From the human T2T-CHM13v2.0 reference genome, Homo sapiens, in assembly GCF_009914755.1 (NCBI RefSeq), contig NC_060938.1: a stretch of DNA of 64,000 bases, one strand, 5' to 3'. Below the pieces are notes generated by a model. The model was not told the DNA's origin, ran no database searches, and saw only the letters and a program-made list of their open reading frames with translations. Every line of letters starts with the position of its first letter. The first letter of the stretch is position 1. Positions 27,931 to 39,705 of the stretch are shown here, piece by piece. The position numbers and the translations under genes are program-made.

Positions 27931-30900
27931 GTTTCTCCGAGCAGGGGGTGGGAAGAGGCCGAGACCCCTGCCCCCTCCCCAGGGTCACGCCAGGCCCGTG
28001 GTCGGGGGTCGGCGACGGTGCCAGCCTGGGACGGCCTGGCCAGGTGCCTGCCGATTGTTCACCCCCAGGCGGGCGGGCCGGCGGGCTCCCGGGGCTTTAT
28101 GTAAGCCGGTGGGCTTTGGGCCCGACCGGATTTAGGGATTCTTTTCGCACAGTTTCCATTTTCTGGCCTTTGGAACTGCGCCCTAAGCCCTCGGGGCCCT
28201 CCCCCTCCGGTGCCCGGCGCTGGCGGGGCCCAGCCACGGGGGCGGGCTGGGGGTGCCAGGCTTTGGGGGTCTGGAGGGCCTGAAGCAGGTCGCGTTGGGG
28301 GTCTCACTACCTAAGACAGTGACTCAGGACAGTGGGACCTGGGTGCTGTGCTGCGGCCAGGCAGAGCCTGCGACCCGCGGCGCCCCCCGCGGCCTCGGCG
28401 ACAGCCCGGTTCCCACGTCGGCGACGGCGTGGGTGGTCCCGCCCGCCCGGGAGGGCTCCGAGTCTTGGCCGCCCGGGGCGCGGGGCCTGAGAGCGAGTGT
28501 CTGCGCCGCGCTGCCCGCCGCGCCAGTTTCCGAGGTCGCCCGCGGGCTCATGCCCTGCGCCCTGGGGCCCCGGGGACCTTCTCCAAGCCGGCCTGACCTG
28601 GTGGAGGCTGTGCGCTGCGCTCGGGGAAGGCCGGGCTGGTGCCGGGGGCAGCGGGTCCCAGCTCTGAAGTGCCAGCGCCGGCGCCCCACTCCCCGCCTGC
28701 TACGGTGCTCTCGCCCGGAAAGGCCCGAGGCCCTGGAAGGAGCCCCGCGGGGGGGCGCCGTCTGGAGCAGCCCTCAGGGGCGCCGGGCTGCCGCGACGCA
28801 GTGGCTGTAATTGCTTCGGGGTACCTGGGGATCGATGGCGTGGCCCAGCCGGGTGTCTGCGCCTCTGAGGTTGCAAATCTGGAACCAGTTAGGATGCGGG
28901 AGGCAGATAATAAAAAGCCAAATGGGCGCCAGGTGGAGGAGTGAGCTCCGCACGTTCCATCAGGTGGCCCGGGCCGCGCGCTCGGGCGGCGGCAGAGTCT
29001 CTGGGGCACTCGGGGCGGGCGGCAGCAGGTGGGACCCGCGGCCCGACCCGCGCTAGGGCCGCCCACCCCCTCGGACCCCGGCCGGGTCTCTCCACAGCCT
29101 CCGTGCGCGTCCCAGAAGGAAAATGCTAGCAAACCGGAAGGCCGCACGGGGCCGAGCCGGCCTCAGCCCGGCCAGGAGAGGCCGTCGGTGCCCCGAGGAG
29201 GAAGGGGACCCGGCCCGGGACGGCCGCCCCGCGGTACCCAGGAAGGACGCCCGCCGTTCCCAGCACCCCAGCGTCTGAAAAATGAATGTGAACTCCGCAA
29301 GCGTGCTCCCGCGGACATTTTACATGTCGGTTGTTCACATTTTAAAAATATTCTCTGAAATAGTCTGCAGAACTTTTTCACATCTAACAAATGTCAGATT
29401 GAACAGATCAGAAGATAAGAAATGAACATGACATTTTAATTCAAGTAGAGAGAAAGCAGACGGTATTTTTAAAATAATATTTTTGTAAAAACGTATTGTG
29501 GATCTAAGATTTTGTCATGTTCAAAATGTATAATTTTTTGATATTTAAAATACACATTTTGTACATTTTCAACCAAAAAGACAGGGAAAAATTTAAAAAG
29601 CAAAAGCTGGAAACCAAGAAAAGCCTGGAGAGAAAATGGGCCGTAAGGAACCAGAGCCCGTCTTTCTCCACACCATTTTTTTTTTCCTTCCTAATAGCCA
29701 GAAAGAAAAAGAAAAAGAAAAAAAAAAGTGAAAATAAAATAATTTCATATTAAACTAACACAGAGAACTAATTAATTTCTTTCCAGATGGGTTGAAGGGA
29801 CCTGGCTGTTTTAGTGTGCTCAGAAAATGCTAGACTCAAGTTGGTTTTCTTTCCTTCTGCTGCTCAGAGAATCTTACGAAAAAGTAAACAACCCCAGCCT
29901 AACCATTTTTTTATCGGCTTATTGAACACAGATAAAATTAGAATCCTTTTTTATTTGAGATAAAAGACACACAGGAAAAGACTAATTTTTTTTTTTAACC
30001 AAGGGAATATCTGGGGTTTTTTTGTATGAAACTGTAACATTTAACTAACATGTAATGAGCTGAACGACCTTGGGTTTGTTTCACTCTAGCTCCTCCTGAA
30101 ATCTTCCATTTTTTTCTGAGATGGCTTTTCCAGTGATCTTGTGTCAGTAAGAGAGGAATATACAGTGCAGCAAATAATTTGTGCATTCGTGGTCAATACA
30201 TTTCTCAGTCAAAAAATCAAAAACAGGTCAATGGCTGGTTATTAGGAATAACCTTTGAACCGAACAGGAAATGGGGAAAATACCTGTTTGTTGACGCTTG
30301 CACGCCCAGGAGGAGAATTGAGGTGCAGTTAGTTTCACTGTGTGAGGGAGAGATGCCGCTCTGTCCAGAGGGTTTATTGGAATGCCAGGCCCCAGGTGTT
30401 TGGGTGTGTCTATGCAGACAGTTAGTGCTGACCCCTGAGGATTTTGATGTGTATAATCATGCCATAAGAGGAAGGCAGGTGGGTCAATTGTCAGTGGGAG
30501 CACAGGAGATGCTGGGGCATGCCGGAGCCTGGGCAGTTTCTATCCTGATACCTTCCGTGTCCATGTTTTAGTCCCATATTGAGGACATGAAAGGTCCATT
30601 TTATGTTTCTCTCCTTTAAAAACTCCCCAGTGGCCTACTCGGCAGCATTGCTGGGGACCCACTGGTCATTTTTCATAAAAATAAGACCACAGTGTGGACC
30701 AAAACTTGGGATCTGAGATGTCCTTGAGCTCACCTGTCACATCGAGTCACCACCTGGAGAAGAAAGATTTGCTGACCTCCTACAGAGCCAGGCAATAGGA
30801 CGTTCAGCCTCAGTCCTGATTACGGGTGGGCAGTTGGGTTTATGTGTGTGTGTTTGGGTTTTTTGTTGCTGTTTTTGTTTTGTTCTGTTTTTCTGGGAAA

Positions 30901-32699
30901 ACAAAGGTCCCTTTGGGGGTACCTGGGCTGGCCGGTACGGCAAACAGGAAAGCCAGCCAGGTCAGGAGGAGACGTGGCTTCACGTTGGAATGCCAGTTTG
31001 CTTTGTGATTGTTTATTACAACTGAAGGTTTTGTGTCATCTAGCGTTGCCCAAAGTAGAAGCCCATTCCCAGGATGGATGAATCTGTGGTAAGAGATAAA
31101 CACAAGAAACAAATGCCCAGGGGAGGAGGAGAAGCAGATTGCCTGGGGCAGGTAAGAGGGCTACACCTGGAAATGCATCTGCTGGGGTTCTCACCCACAC
31201 CAGAATCTCTGGTCAGAGCAGCTCTCTTTGAAGAATGCCAGACAAACAGAAACCTGGCCACACCCCCACCAGAGTTACCTGATTGAAACACGAATCTGAT
31301 CACTGAAAGCCTTCCTGCATCCGTCTGCTGCACGCAGGAGGCAGCTCGGCCTCCTTCCCCAGTGGCCTCCCAGCCCTACCTCTAGAATTTCCTGGCCCCT
31401 GCCCTCCTGCCACCCTGATATCCCTTAGTCCCTAAGACACTTGCCCTTGTCGCCGACACGGGCCCAGCGGTGAGAGAGGCGCTCTCTCTGCCCATTGCCC
31501 GTGAACACACTGCGTTCAGGGCTTCTCAGAGCAGGCCAGCCTGGTGGAGCTGCTTTGGGGCCTAGCTCTGGGGGTCTCAGGAGTACCCCAGCCTGCAGAT
31601 AAGGAACCCTATGCAATGTATAAGGAAAGGAAAGCATGGCCCATGTGAGCACAGCATTAGGGCCTTGGAACTCCGTGTTTAGCACCCCCCATGCTGCAGC
31701 CAAACATTGACACCCCAAGTTCCAGGACCCCATGAGATGGTGCCTTGCCTAGCCAGCTGCGTTGATGTGTGGGAAGGGGCATGTTGCGGAAATCCTCCAG
31801 CAGGTCCTGGCTCCTGTCCTGTGCCCAGCACTGGCGTTCTTGTTCAGAGAACAAAGGCCCGGAGGCCCCTGCAGAACCAAGAAAGCCTGAAAGCCGTGGC
31901 TTTCAAAGCTTGCTGACCGTGGCTGGGGTAAGAAATACATTGTGCATCTCAGCCCACAGCAAGCCAGACAACTATGTATAAAATAATTAATTAACTATAC
32001 CTAGATAACCAAAACACAATTTTTGCAAAAGAATGGTTCTCTTACTAGACGTCATGAATGCTGATCTCTGTTCATCCTATTTCTTTTTTCCAAATAATGG
32101 CTGCCACCCCTGAAACAATCCCATGATCCTAATGGGCTGCAGCGTGGAGCTTGCAGACCACCCTTTAGAGCTGAGGTTGTGTGGGTTAAGCCTGAGTGGA
32201 GGGAGACCCGCAGTTCCTTCCTGCTGCATCTCCTGCCCCCACTTCCAGCCCTGGAGTCAGAACCTCCTGCTGGAATCCTAGCCACCACTTCCTACTATGA
32301 CATTGAGAGGCCACCTCCCCTCCTGAGCTGGAGCCTCTGCTTCTTCCTCTTAGAATGAGGAGGACAACTCCCTGCTAGGGTCTTAGAGAGGATTCAGCGA
32401 GATCATGTACCAGATGAGGTCTTGACTCAATGTGTCTGCCCAGGCTAGCACCTGACAGTCATCTGTCACTTTTGATCCTGTGCCTCCCTGGGGCCCAAGA
32501 TGTCTTCTCCCCTACCCCCCAGTAGCCCTCCAGTAAAATCCTCCTCCCCCTTCCAATTCCACTCCAGTCTTCTCCTTGGGCCAGCTCCTCCTCAAGCCCC
32601 ACTGCAGATTTTGGGACTCACAGATCTGTGCAGCGCGGATTAAGGCCTGCCACCCTGGTGGACTCTCAGGCCTGGGCTCTGCCTGGCTCGCCGGCATTT

Positions 32700-32880
32700 A
32701 TAGACACATGTCTGATTGCCAGTTAGCCCCGATCCAACCTCAACAGCACTGTGGACACAGAGGCTGTGCTTCTTCCCATTTGCAGATAAAGTATATGGGG
32801 CCCAGGAGGTATCATCATGTGACCGTGAGTCGCACAGTTAGTGGCAGAGCTGGGGTAGGCTAGCTCTCCTGGCCTTCAAA
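32700..32880 (-). mobile_element. MIR
   Basis: cccatttgcagataaag...cacagttagtggcagagctggg. Confidence 0.65.
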
Positions 32881-33167
32881 GACCATCATGCTCATGGCCC
32901 AGAGTCCTTCCTCCTGGCAGGGCACTAGGGCCCTTTCTGACAGGCTCGCAGCAACCAGATTTGTTCCCTGGCTGCCCACCTCCACGTCCTCCACCCTGGG
33001 AGAGCTGAGTTCGTTTTCCTTTGACTGTTTTTTTAATGCTTCCCTCAGGAGGCAGGCCACAGTCTTCCTGCACCACCCTCACGGGCTCTCACTGCTGGAG
33101 CAATGATTACTCACAGATTTACCCAAGGAGAGTGTGTACTTGGAATGGCTGTCCGTGTGTTCCCTGT

Positions 33168-33795
33168 GCACACACACACGCATACCCGCACATACACTGT
33201 GGTGACCTGACACACACACTTCCGTGATCTCACACACTCGTGCACACACACACACTGCCCTGATCTCACACAAACACACAAACACTGCCCTGATGTCACA
33301 CACACACACTACCCTGATCTCACACACTCATGCACACACACACACACTGCCCTGATCTCATACACACACACACACACACACACTCTGCCCTAATCTCACA
33401 CAAACACTGCCCTTTGCCCTGATCTCTCTCTCTCACATACTGTCCTGATCTCACACACTCATGCACACAAACACACACTGCCCTAACCTCACACACAGAC
33501 ACACACACACTGCCCTGATATCATACACACACACACACAGACACACACATACTGCCCTGATATCACACTCATGCACACACACTGCCCTGATCTCACACAC
33601 TCATGCACACAGACACACTGCCCTGATGTCACACACACACACACACACGCACACTGCCCTGATCTCACACATACACATACACACTGCCCTGATCTCTCTC
33701 ACACACCCACTGCCCTGATGTCACACACACACAGACACACACACACTACCCTGATCTCACACAATCATGCACACATACACACACTTCCCTGACCC
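33168..33795 (+). repeat. Compound CA-rich minisatellite, core ctgccctgatctcaca, ~20 variable-length units
   Basis: Core repeats directly visible, separated by (CA)n spacers of differing length. Confidence 0.95.
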
Positions 33796-34059
33796 TATCA
33801 CTCTGCACATTGGAGCTAAGCTCATGAAGGCTGCTCATGCATTTTATTTGGCAAGTCTCTCTCACATCTTTAATCACACTAGCCTGCCCACTGCCAATCA
33901 ATAAAGATTAGGAAATCGATTGCTAACTTACTCTTGGGTTAGACAATAAAATTGTTTGAAACATGCACCTGGAGGAATTTATCTGTGAAGAGTCCTTTCA
34001 GAGTTTGTTTCAAGCTTTGCAAGTCTCTCATGGCTCTGAGGTCGGGGAGGCTGTGAGGG

Positions 34060-34420
34060 ATCCTCCACGCCCAGCAGACGTGGAAGGAGCCGACGTTCTT
34101 ACGGGAGATGGACAGACGGTCAGCATGTGAATAGTCCCCTGCATGCAGGTGAGGACTGGGGCAGTGCAGAGCCGCAGCAGGGATGGGCTATGCCTGGGAG
34201 CCGCCAGCTCTGGATCAGGTGGCCAGGGACGGTCATGCTGAAGAGGAAGGCTCCAGTGAAGCTCTGGAAGAATGTTCTGGTGCCTGTATGTACAAAGGCC
34301 CCCCTAATTCAGGACCTGGCCCTGTACAGATGAGGAGCAGGAAGGAGCCAGTGTAACTGAGGCCAGTGTGGCTGCAGCAAGGGGCTGGAGGCGTGAGAAG
34401 AAACAGAAAAGAACGGAGGG
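34060..34420 (-). mobile_element. L2 fragment
   Basis: gtacaaaggccc...gagcaggaaggagccagtgtaactgagg. Confidence 0.45.
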
Positions 34421-36802
34421 CCATTTCTGCCTCCCCAGTCCGGATCATCCTCCTCCTCCACCCCAGAGCCCCAGGGTGCTGAGCCTTGCACCCCTGCCCC
34501 TCAAGGCTATGGAATGTCATTGCCACTCAGCGTGAAGGTTCTGGAGGGGACCTCAAACACCAGGCCCCTCTGCCCAGAGAGCCCCAGTGGACCCGCTGAG
34601 CCAGGGACCTGCTCCTTGGAGCCAACCACCTTGTGACTTGTGAATTGTGTTGAGTCCCGTTTCCTTTTTCCCTTTTGTTTATTGCTTTGTGTATCTGGCA
34701 GCTTTATCCCAAAGCTGCTCTCACGTGGTCCCTCTGTCCCATCCTGCCATTTTCCTCCCTCTGGGGCCCCTGGCATGGGAGACTGGGAGCAGCGTCCACC
34801 CGCCACCCAGCAGAGGCTCAGGTCCTGGAGTTAAAAGAGAAGCACAGGCAGGGGACGCTCTCCAAACTGCCTTCAGCCCGCATCTTTGAACTCTGCAGTA
34901 GGAAGACTCCTGGGCCCCCATGTCCCCATGCATATGCACCTGCATGCATGTGACACACTTCTCGGCCCATGGAGAAGACTGTCCGCACGGGGGTGTGAGC
35001 TGCCCAGCACCCACTGATCAATTGCTGCATTCCCAGCTGCCTTTAAGCTGGCATGGGGCGCCCTCTGAGGCACGCCCAGCCCCTGGGGCCTAGACTCTGG
35101 TGTTCTCTAGGAACTGTCTATCTCTGTGTGTGGGAGCCACAGACTTGGGCTTTCAGACCCCCACAATGGATGGCTCAGGCCTATGGCTCACCCCCAGCAT
35201 CTGTGACCACCACCACTGCCCACCTTCTTTGCCTAAGCATTACTTCTGGGGGGCAGTTCTTCACTTATGTGTGCAAGCCAGCCTTCTAGAAAACTCTTTG
35301 CTCTCATGACCAGGCAGGCCTTGCACAGTCCAGATGGTGAAGCCCAGTTCCTACCTTCCAGTGAGGAGCACCTGACCCTTCAGGGGCGATAGACGGGGCC
35401 CTGCACAGATGGGACAGGACAGGTGGGGTGCACAGAGGATGGCAGGTGCCCTCTGAGAGGCAGGGTCGGGGCAGGTCGGGCAGGAGCCTGGCATCTGTGG
35501 CTGACTGTTTGGCCCCTCAAGGCCTGTTTTGCTCACAGTTTTGCTTCCTCCTTGCTCTCTGTTTTCCCTGCCACCTGAACTTGGTTGCATGCTGCTTTCT
35601 GTCCATTGCCCTCAGCCTCTCACCTCAGTCATGACCCTTAAGCCAGCACCTCCCCCATGCGTCTTACTCTGAGGTTTCCCAGGAGCATGAGCCTCCTCCA
35701 GTGTCATTGCGGCTGCTTTGATCTCCTTAATGGTTTTGCTTGAGTGTGGATTCATATTCAGACTCTTTTAGGGACACAAAGACCCCCAAAGTGGATGAAT
35801 GCCCTATGGAGGCAGATGCCCAGTTGGGGGCCCGAGGTCTGGCTGGCCTGTCCTCCCTGCCCAGGGTTTGCTGAACACCCCAGCCACATGCTCCAGGCAC
35901 ACACCGAAGCTTCAGCTCAAGATTCACCTCGGAGGAGGGCATCTAGTCCAAGCCACTTCGTCTAAGAGGCGACCAAGGTGGCCAGGACTTACTTGCCATG
36001 AGACCTTGGCAAGTGGACAAGTGCTGAGAGTGGTGGGAGGTGACAGGCTTCTCTACCAGCACTGGCAAGCACTTAATCCAAGCCCCGAGGCTCCAGCTGC
36101 AAACTGGGACGGGAATCTGATGACACCCACCCTAGAGGGATGGGGGTAAATGTAGACGACATAATTTCCATATGTCTGCATTGAGCGTTCACATACATGA
36201 GCGTCCTCAGAAGCATTATCTCCTCATGCTTCTCCAAGGAATGTGCCCTTTTCTTAACCCTGGTTGACTGAGTCCTACCGAGGAAGGAAGGGTTTCAGGC
36301 CACACCCCAGGGATAGCGCTGGATGCCCCCAGCCAGGCCAAGGTGGTCAGATTTCCTTGCAAGAGTTTGAGCAAAGACACAGAGATTGAATTAGACTGAG
36401 CTGGGCCTGGAGGCTTGAGGTCCTGTCGACGAGGAGAGCGATATCTCAGTGTATGAATCTGTGGGTTTTCTGTGTGCCCTTGCAGTCCTGGGGACCCTCA
36501 TGGCCCTTGGTGAGCCCACATTGAAGGAGAAGAACCAAGAGGCGGCAGAGAATCTAGATTCAGGCTGCAGAAAGTCTTGCTACTGCAGAGGTGAGACGAG
36601 GCCAGGGCAGGAAGGGAGCAGGGGTGGGGTGCAGGACCCTGAGTCCCCTAGAGGCCACGGTAGGACATCAGCAGCACCAGGGGGAGTCACCAAAGCTAAG
36701 TGCCAAGATGCGGTCGACCGAGGACCTGCTCCTGGTGCCCGCCCCTTCAGCCCAGAGACGGTGTGTGGTCCGTCTCCACCCAGCACAACCGTCCTAAATA
36801 CC

Positions 36803-37246
36803 TGAATGAGTTTCCTTGAGCTCCTGCAGCAGAGACCCATAAAATGCTTAAAGGAGCAGAAATCTACTCCCTTGCTGATCTGGAGCCCAGAAGTCTAAAG
36901 TCAAGGTGTCGACAGTGTCGTGCTCCCTCTGAAGGTTCCTGGGGGTGCCCTTCCTCACCTCCTCAGCTCCTGGTGGCCCTGGACATCCGATGGCTTGCGG
37001 CTGCATCATCCACTCTCTGCCTTTGTCTTTCCGTGGCTGCCCTCCCTCTGCATCTGTCTCTGTGTCCACTCCTCTTTTTATAAGATCGCCAGTCCTTGGG
37101 TCTAGGCCTTGGGTCTAGGGCCCACCCTAATGCAGCGTGACTTCATCTTAACTAATTACATCTGCAAAGACCCTGTCTCCAAATAAGGTCATATTTTGAG
37201 CTTCTGAGTGGAAGTGGATTTGGGGGACAGTCATCAACCCAGCACA
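36803..37246 (-). mobile_element. MLT1C-like MaLR solo LTR
   Basis: tg...ca termini; catctgcaaagaccctgtctccaaataaggtca; 5-bp TSD atacc/atgcc. Confidence 0.85.
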
Positions 37247-37391
37247 ATGCCCCTCCTCCCCATGCTCTCTAAAGAGAGAAGGATCTTGGACATCTTGATT
37301 GGACACGATGACACGAAGACAAAAGTTTCTGACTAGCTAGGCCAAGGGTGGACACATTGTCCCTGGAGTGACAAGTCGGGCCAGTGATCTT

Positions 37392-37513
37392 GTAGGGACA
37401 AGCCTACATCCAGAGCAGTGCTGGTATAGGGGCAAGCCAACATCCGTGGCAGTGCTGGTATAGGGGCAAGCCAACATCCATGGCAGTGCTGGTATAGGGG
37501 CAAGCCAACATCC
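37392..37513 (+). repeat. 34-bp VNTR, ~3.5 copies
   Basis: caagccaacatccRtggcagtgctggtatagggg starting at 37399, 37433, 37467 and 37501. Confidence 0.95.
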
Positions 37514-37661
37514 GGGGAAAACCAAAGGCCTGTAGGAAAAGCCTATGGGGAGGATGGAGAGAAGAGGGATGGAGCCCTGGATGTAACGGGGACCTGCATC
37601 CTGTGTCCCTGTCCCTATGATGCTGTGATGGTGCCTGACTTTCTGTAGACCAAAGCTCTCC

Positions 37662-37960
37662 TTTTTTTTTTTTTTTTTGAGACAGAGTTTTGCTCTTGTT
37701 GCCCATGCTGGAGTACAATGGTGTGATCTCAGCTCACTGCAACCTCCGCCTCCGGGTACAAGCAATTCCCCTGTCTCAGCCTCCCAAGTAGCTCAGATAA
37801 CAGTCATGCACCACCACTCCTGGCTAATTTTTTTGTATTTAATAGAGACGGAGTTTCACCATGTTAATCAGGCTGGTCAAGAACTTTTGACCTCAAGTGA
37901 TCCACATGCCTTGGCCTCCCAAAGTGCTGGGATTACAGGTGTGTGCCAACACACCGGGCC
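37662..37960 (-). mobile_element. AluS (Sq-like)
   Basis: TSD ccaaagcYctcct on both sides. Confidence 0.92.
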
Positions 37961-38009
37961 CCAAAGCCCTCCTTTTACTGGAGCTATTTTGCACGGGATC
38001 AATAGGCTT

Positions 38010-38435
38010 CTGCAGTGGTGCTGGCCATCCTAGCATCCCTGGCTTTCCTTCCCTGCTGTGGTCTATATAGTTTGGGTGGAGCTGAACCCATAGAGTTGCC
38101 GGCTGCACGTGGGACCAGTGCCCTCCCTTTGGACGCTGCAATCAGCTTGGGAGTTTACTCACAGCTGAATTTGAGCAACATGAGGAGGGGAGATTCATAA
38201 ACTGGTAGAATGAACCATAGAGCTGACAGTCACCTGGCCACTTTGAGGAGAAGGCCTGCTGGAGAACGAAGACCTGGAGGAAGCTGAACTCAGACAGACG
38301 GACAGACAGACTTGGTGACGTCATTGGAGGCACCAGGTCCAGCTGAACCTTGAACTCTGTCATCACAGGAACCAGTAAATTCACCTTTAAGCCCAAGTTG
38401 AGTTTCTGTCACTCACCCCCCAAAAAAGTGCTGAT
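38010..38435 (+). mobile_element. Old MLT1 (K/L-like) LTR
   Basis: gaaccagtaaattc...agttgagtttctgtcactc 3' end. Confidence 0.55.
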
Positions 38436-38760
38436 GGGAGGGTGTCTGGGTAACAACTGCATGCCAGTTGACCACATCCATGCCGCTGCCAGCCCCGGAT
38501 CTGGGGTAGAGTCTAGCCGCCTGAGGGCATCAAGTTTGTGGCCCATGAGGGTCGTAGCCATGCTACAGGGCAGAGGACAAGAACCGGGTCCCCATGAGAC
38601 CAAAAGGAGACAATAGGTGGAAAGGATGGCCTGCACTGAAGCCGGGGCCACCAGGCTTGTCGCCCCTCACTCTGTGGACAGACTGGGTTGCACCATTTCT
38701 GAGGGAATCTCCATGACTCAGTCCTGGGCATTGCGGCTGGGGCCAGTACTCAAAATGGCA

Positions 38761-38841
38761 GCAGACGCAGTCGGCCTGCCAGCCCCTGCTAGCTCTTGTT
38801 TCAGGTCAGAGGAAGAAAGTACTGGTGGCCTCTGGGGATCC
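38761..38841. repeat. Inverted-repeat arm B (pairs with 39477-39559)
   Basis: Manual alignment: 9 mismatches plus one 2-nt indel over ~83 nt. Confidence 0.9.
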
Positions 38842-38861
38842 AGAAAGGACTGGTGGCCTCC

Positions 38862-39052
38862 AGGTGTCCAAGAGTCTTCTCTTCAACGAACATGGTGAGG
38901 GGGAGCATTGTGCTGGGTTGATGAGTGTCCCCCAAACCAACTTCCACTCAGAAGCCCAAAATATGACCTTGTTTGGAGACAGGGTCTTTGCACACGTAAC
39001 TAGTTAAGATGAAGCCATGCTGCATTAGGCCAGGGCCCTGTGTCCAGGGCCT
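38862..39052 (+). repeat. Inverted duplicate of 37104-37295 (MLT1C 5' end plus ~50 bp of its flank)
   Basis: ~10 mismatches in 121 nt of the LTR part; homology continues across the LTR boundary into the flank. Confidence 0.9.
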
Positions 39053-39476
39053 TCCCTGTGAGGTGGCCGCCAGGAGGCCGACCTCAGGGACACAAGGACT
39101 GGAATGTGGGGGTCTTTGGAGAGGCATGACGCCCCCTCTGTGAGTGGACAGACATCAAGAATGAAGGGAGCCCTCAACGGGGATGGAGCAGCCCCTGAGA
39201 CCTGAGGGTCCCACCCTGGGACAAAGGTGCCCTGAGCTCAAGCCAGGACACCCAGCAGCTGCCGGCCAGGCTGTGCTTCCCCCACAGCCTCTCCACACCC
39301 TCGCTGTGTCTTCTGTAAGATGAGGTCCCCTCCATTACCCTGGGCCAGGGATCTCAAAACGGAAGGCCGCCAACCAGTCAGCGGCCAGGGGCTGGAGCCC
39401 ATGGTTTCCCATGGCTCCCACTAGGACACTTGCCAGAGAGGGGGTGGGTGAGCTGGTTCCCATGGAGACAGGCTCA

Positions 39477-39559
39477 GGATCCCCAGAGGCCACCAGTCCT
39501 TTCTTCGTCTGACCTGAAGCAAGAGCAAGGCCAGGGGCTTACAGGCTGACCGTGTCTGC
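39477..39559. repeat. Inverted-repeat arm B' (pairs with 38761-38841)
   Basis: ggatccccagaggccaccagt...ctgacctgaa is the reverse complement of 38800-38841. Confidence 0.9.
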
Positions 39560-39594
39560 CTCCGTCTCAAGGGCTTAGACTGAGTGAGACTGGC

Positions 39595-39705
39595 AGAGGC
39601 CCTCCAGGTCACTCCCATTGTTTCACAGATGAGGAAACCGAGGCCTACCGGGAGGGAGGGCCTTCCGACAAGTCACGGAACTGATCGGGGGAGAGCTGGA
39701 TGCCT
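39595..39705 (-). mobile_element. MIR
   Basis: cccattgtttcacagatgaggaaaccgaggc. Confidence 0.7.

Larger units (their letters stand above)
26860..29330. promoter_or_regulatory. Large CpG island (~2.5 kb); orphan promoter/enhancer
   Basis: Very high GC and undepleted CpG, free of recognisable interspersed repeats, GC boxes; sharp AT-rich right flank. Confidence 0.95.

Noticed and set aside
26860-29330. Guess that this is the STX18-MSX1 interval on 4p16
   Set aside because: Based only on general resemblance and motif grammar; no sequence here identifies the locus. BLAT is needed, so no gene symbol is assigned.
26845-29390. Long ORFs in the CpG island (299, 224, 199 and 185 aa)
   Set aside because: Overlapping ORFs in several frames on both strands, rich in Pro/Arg/Gly/Ala with no recognisable domain; expected from stop-codon scarcity in very GC-rich DNA.
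33168-37513. Core-plus-variable-spacer and 34-bp arrays as CRISPR-like
   Set aside because: Spacers are simple (CA)n or absent, the context is primate DNA and there are no cas genes; these are ordinary minisatellites.
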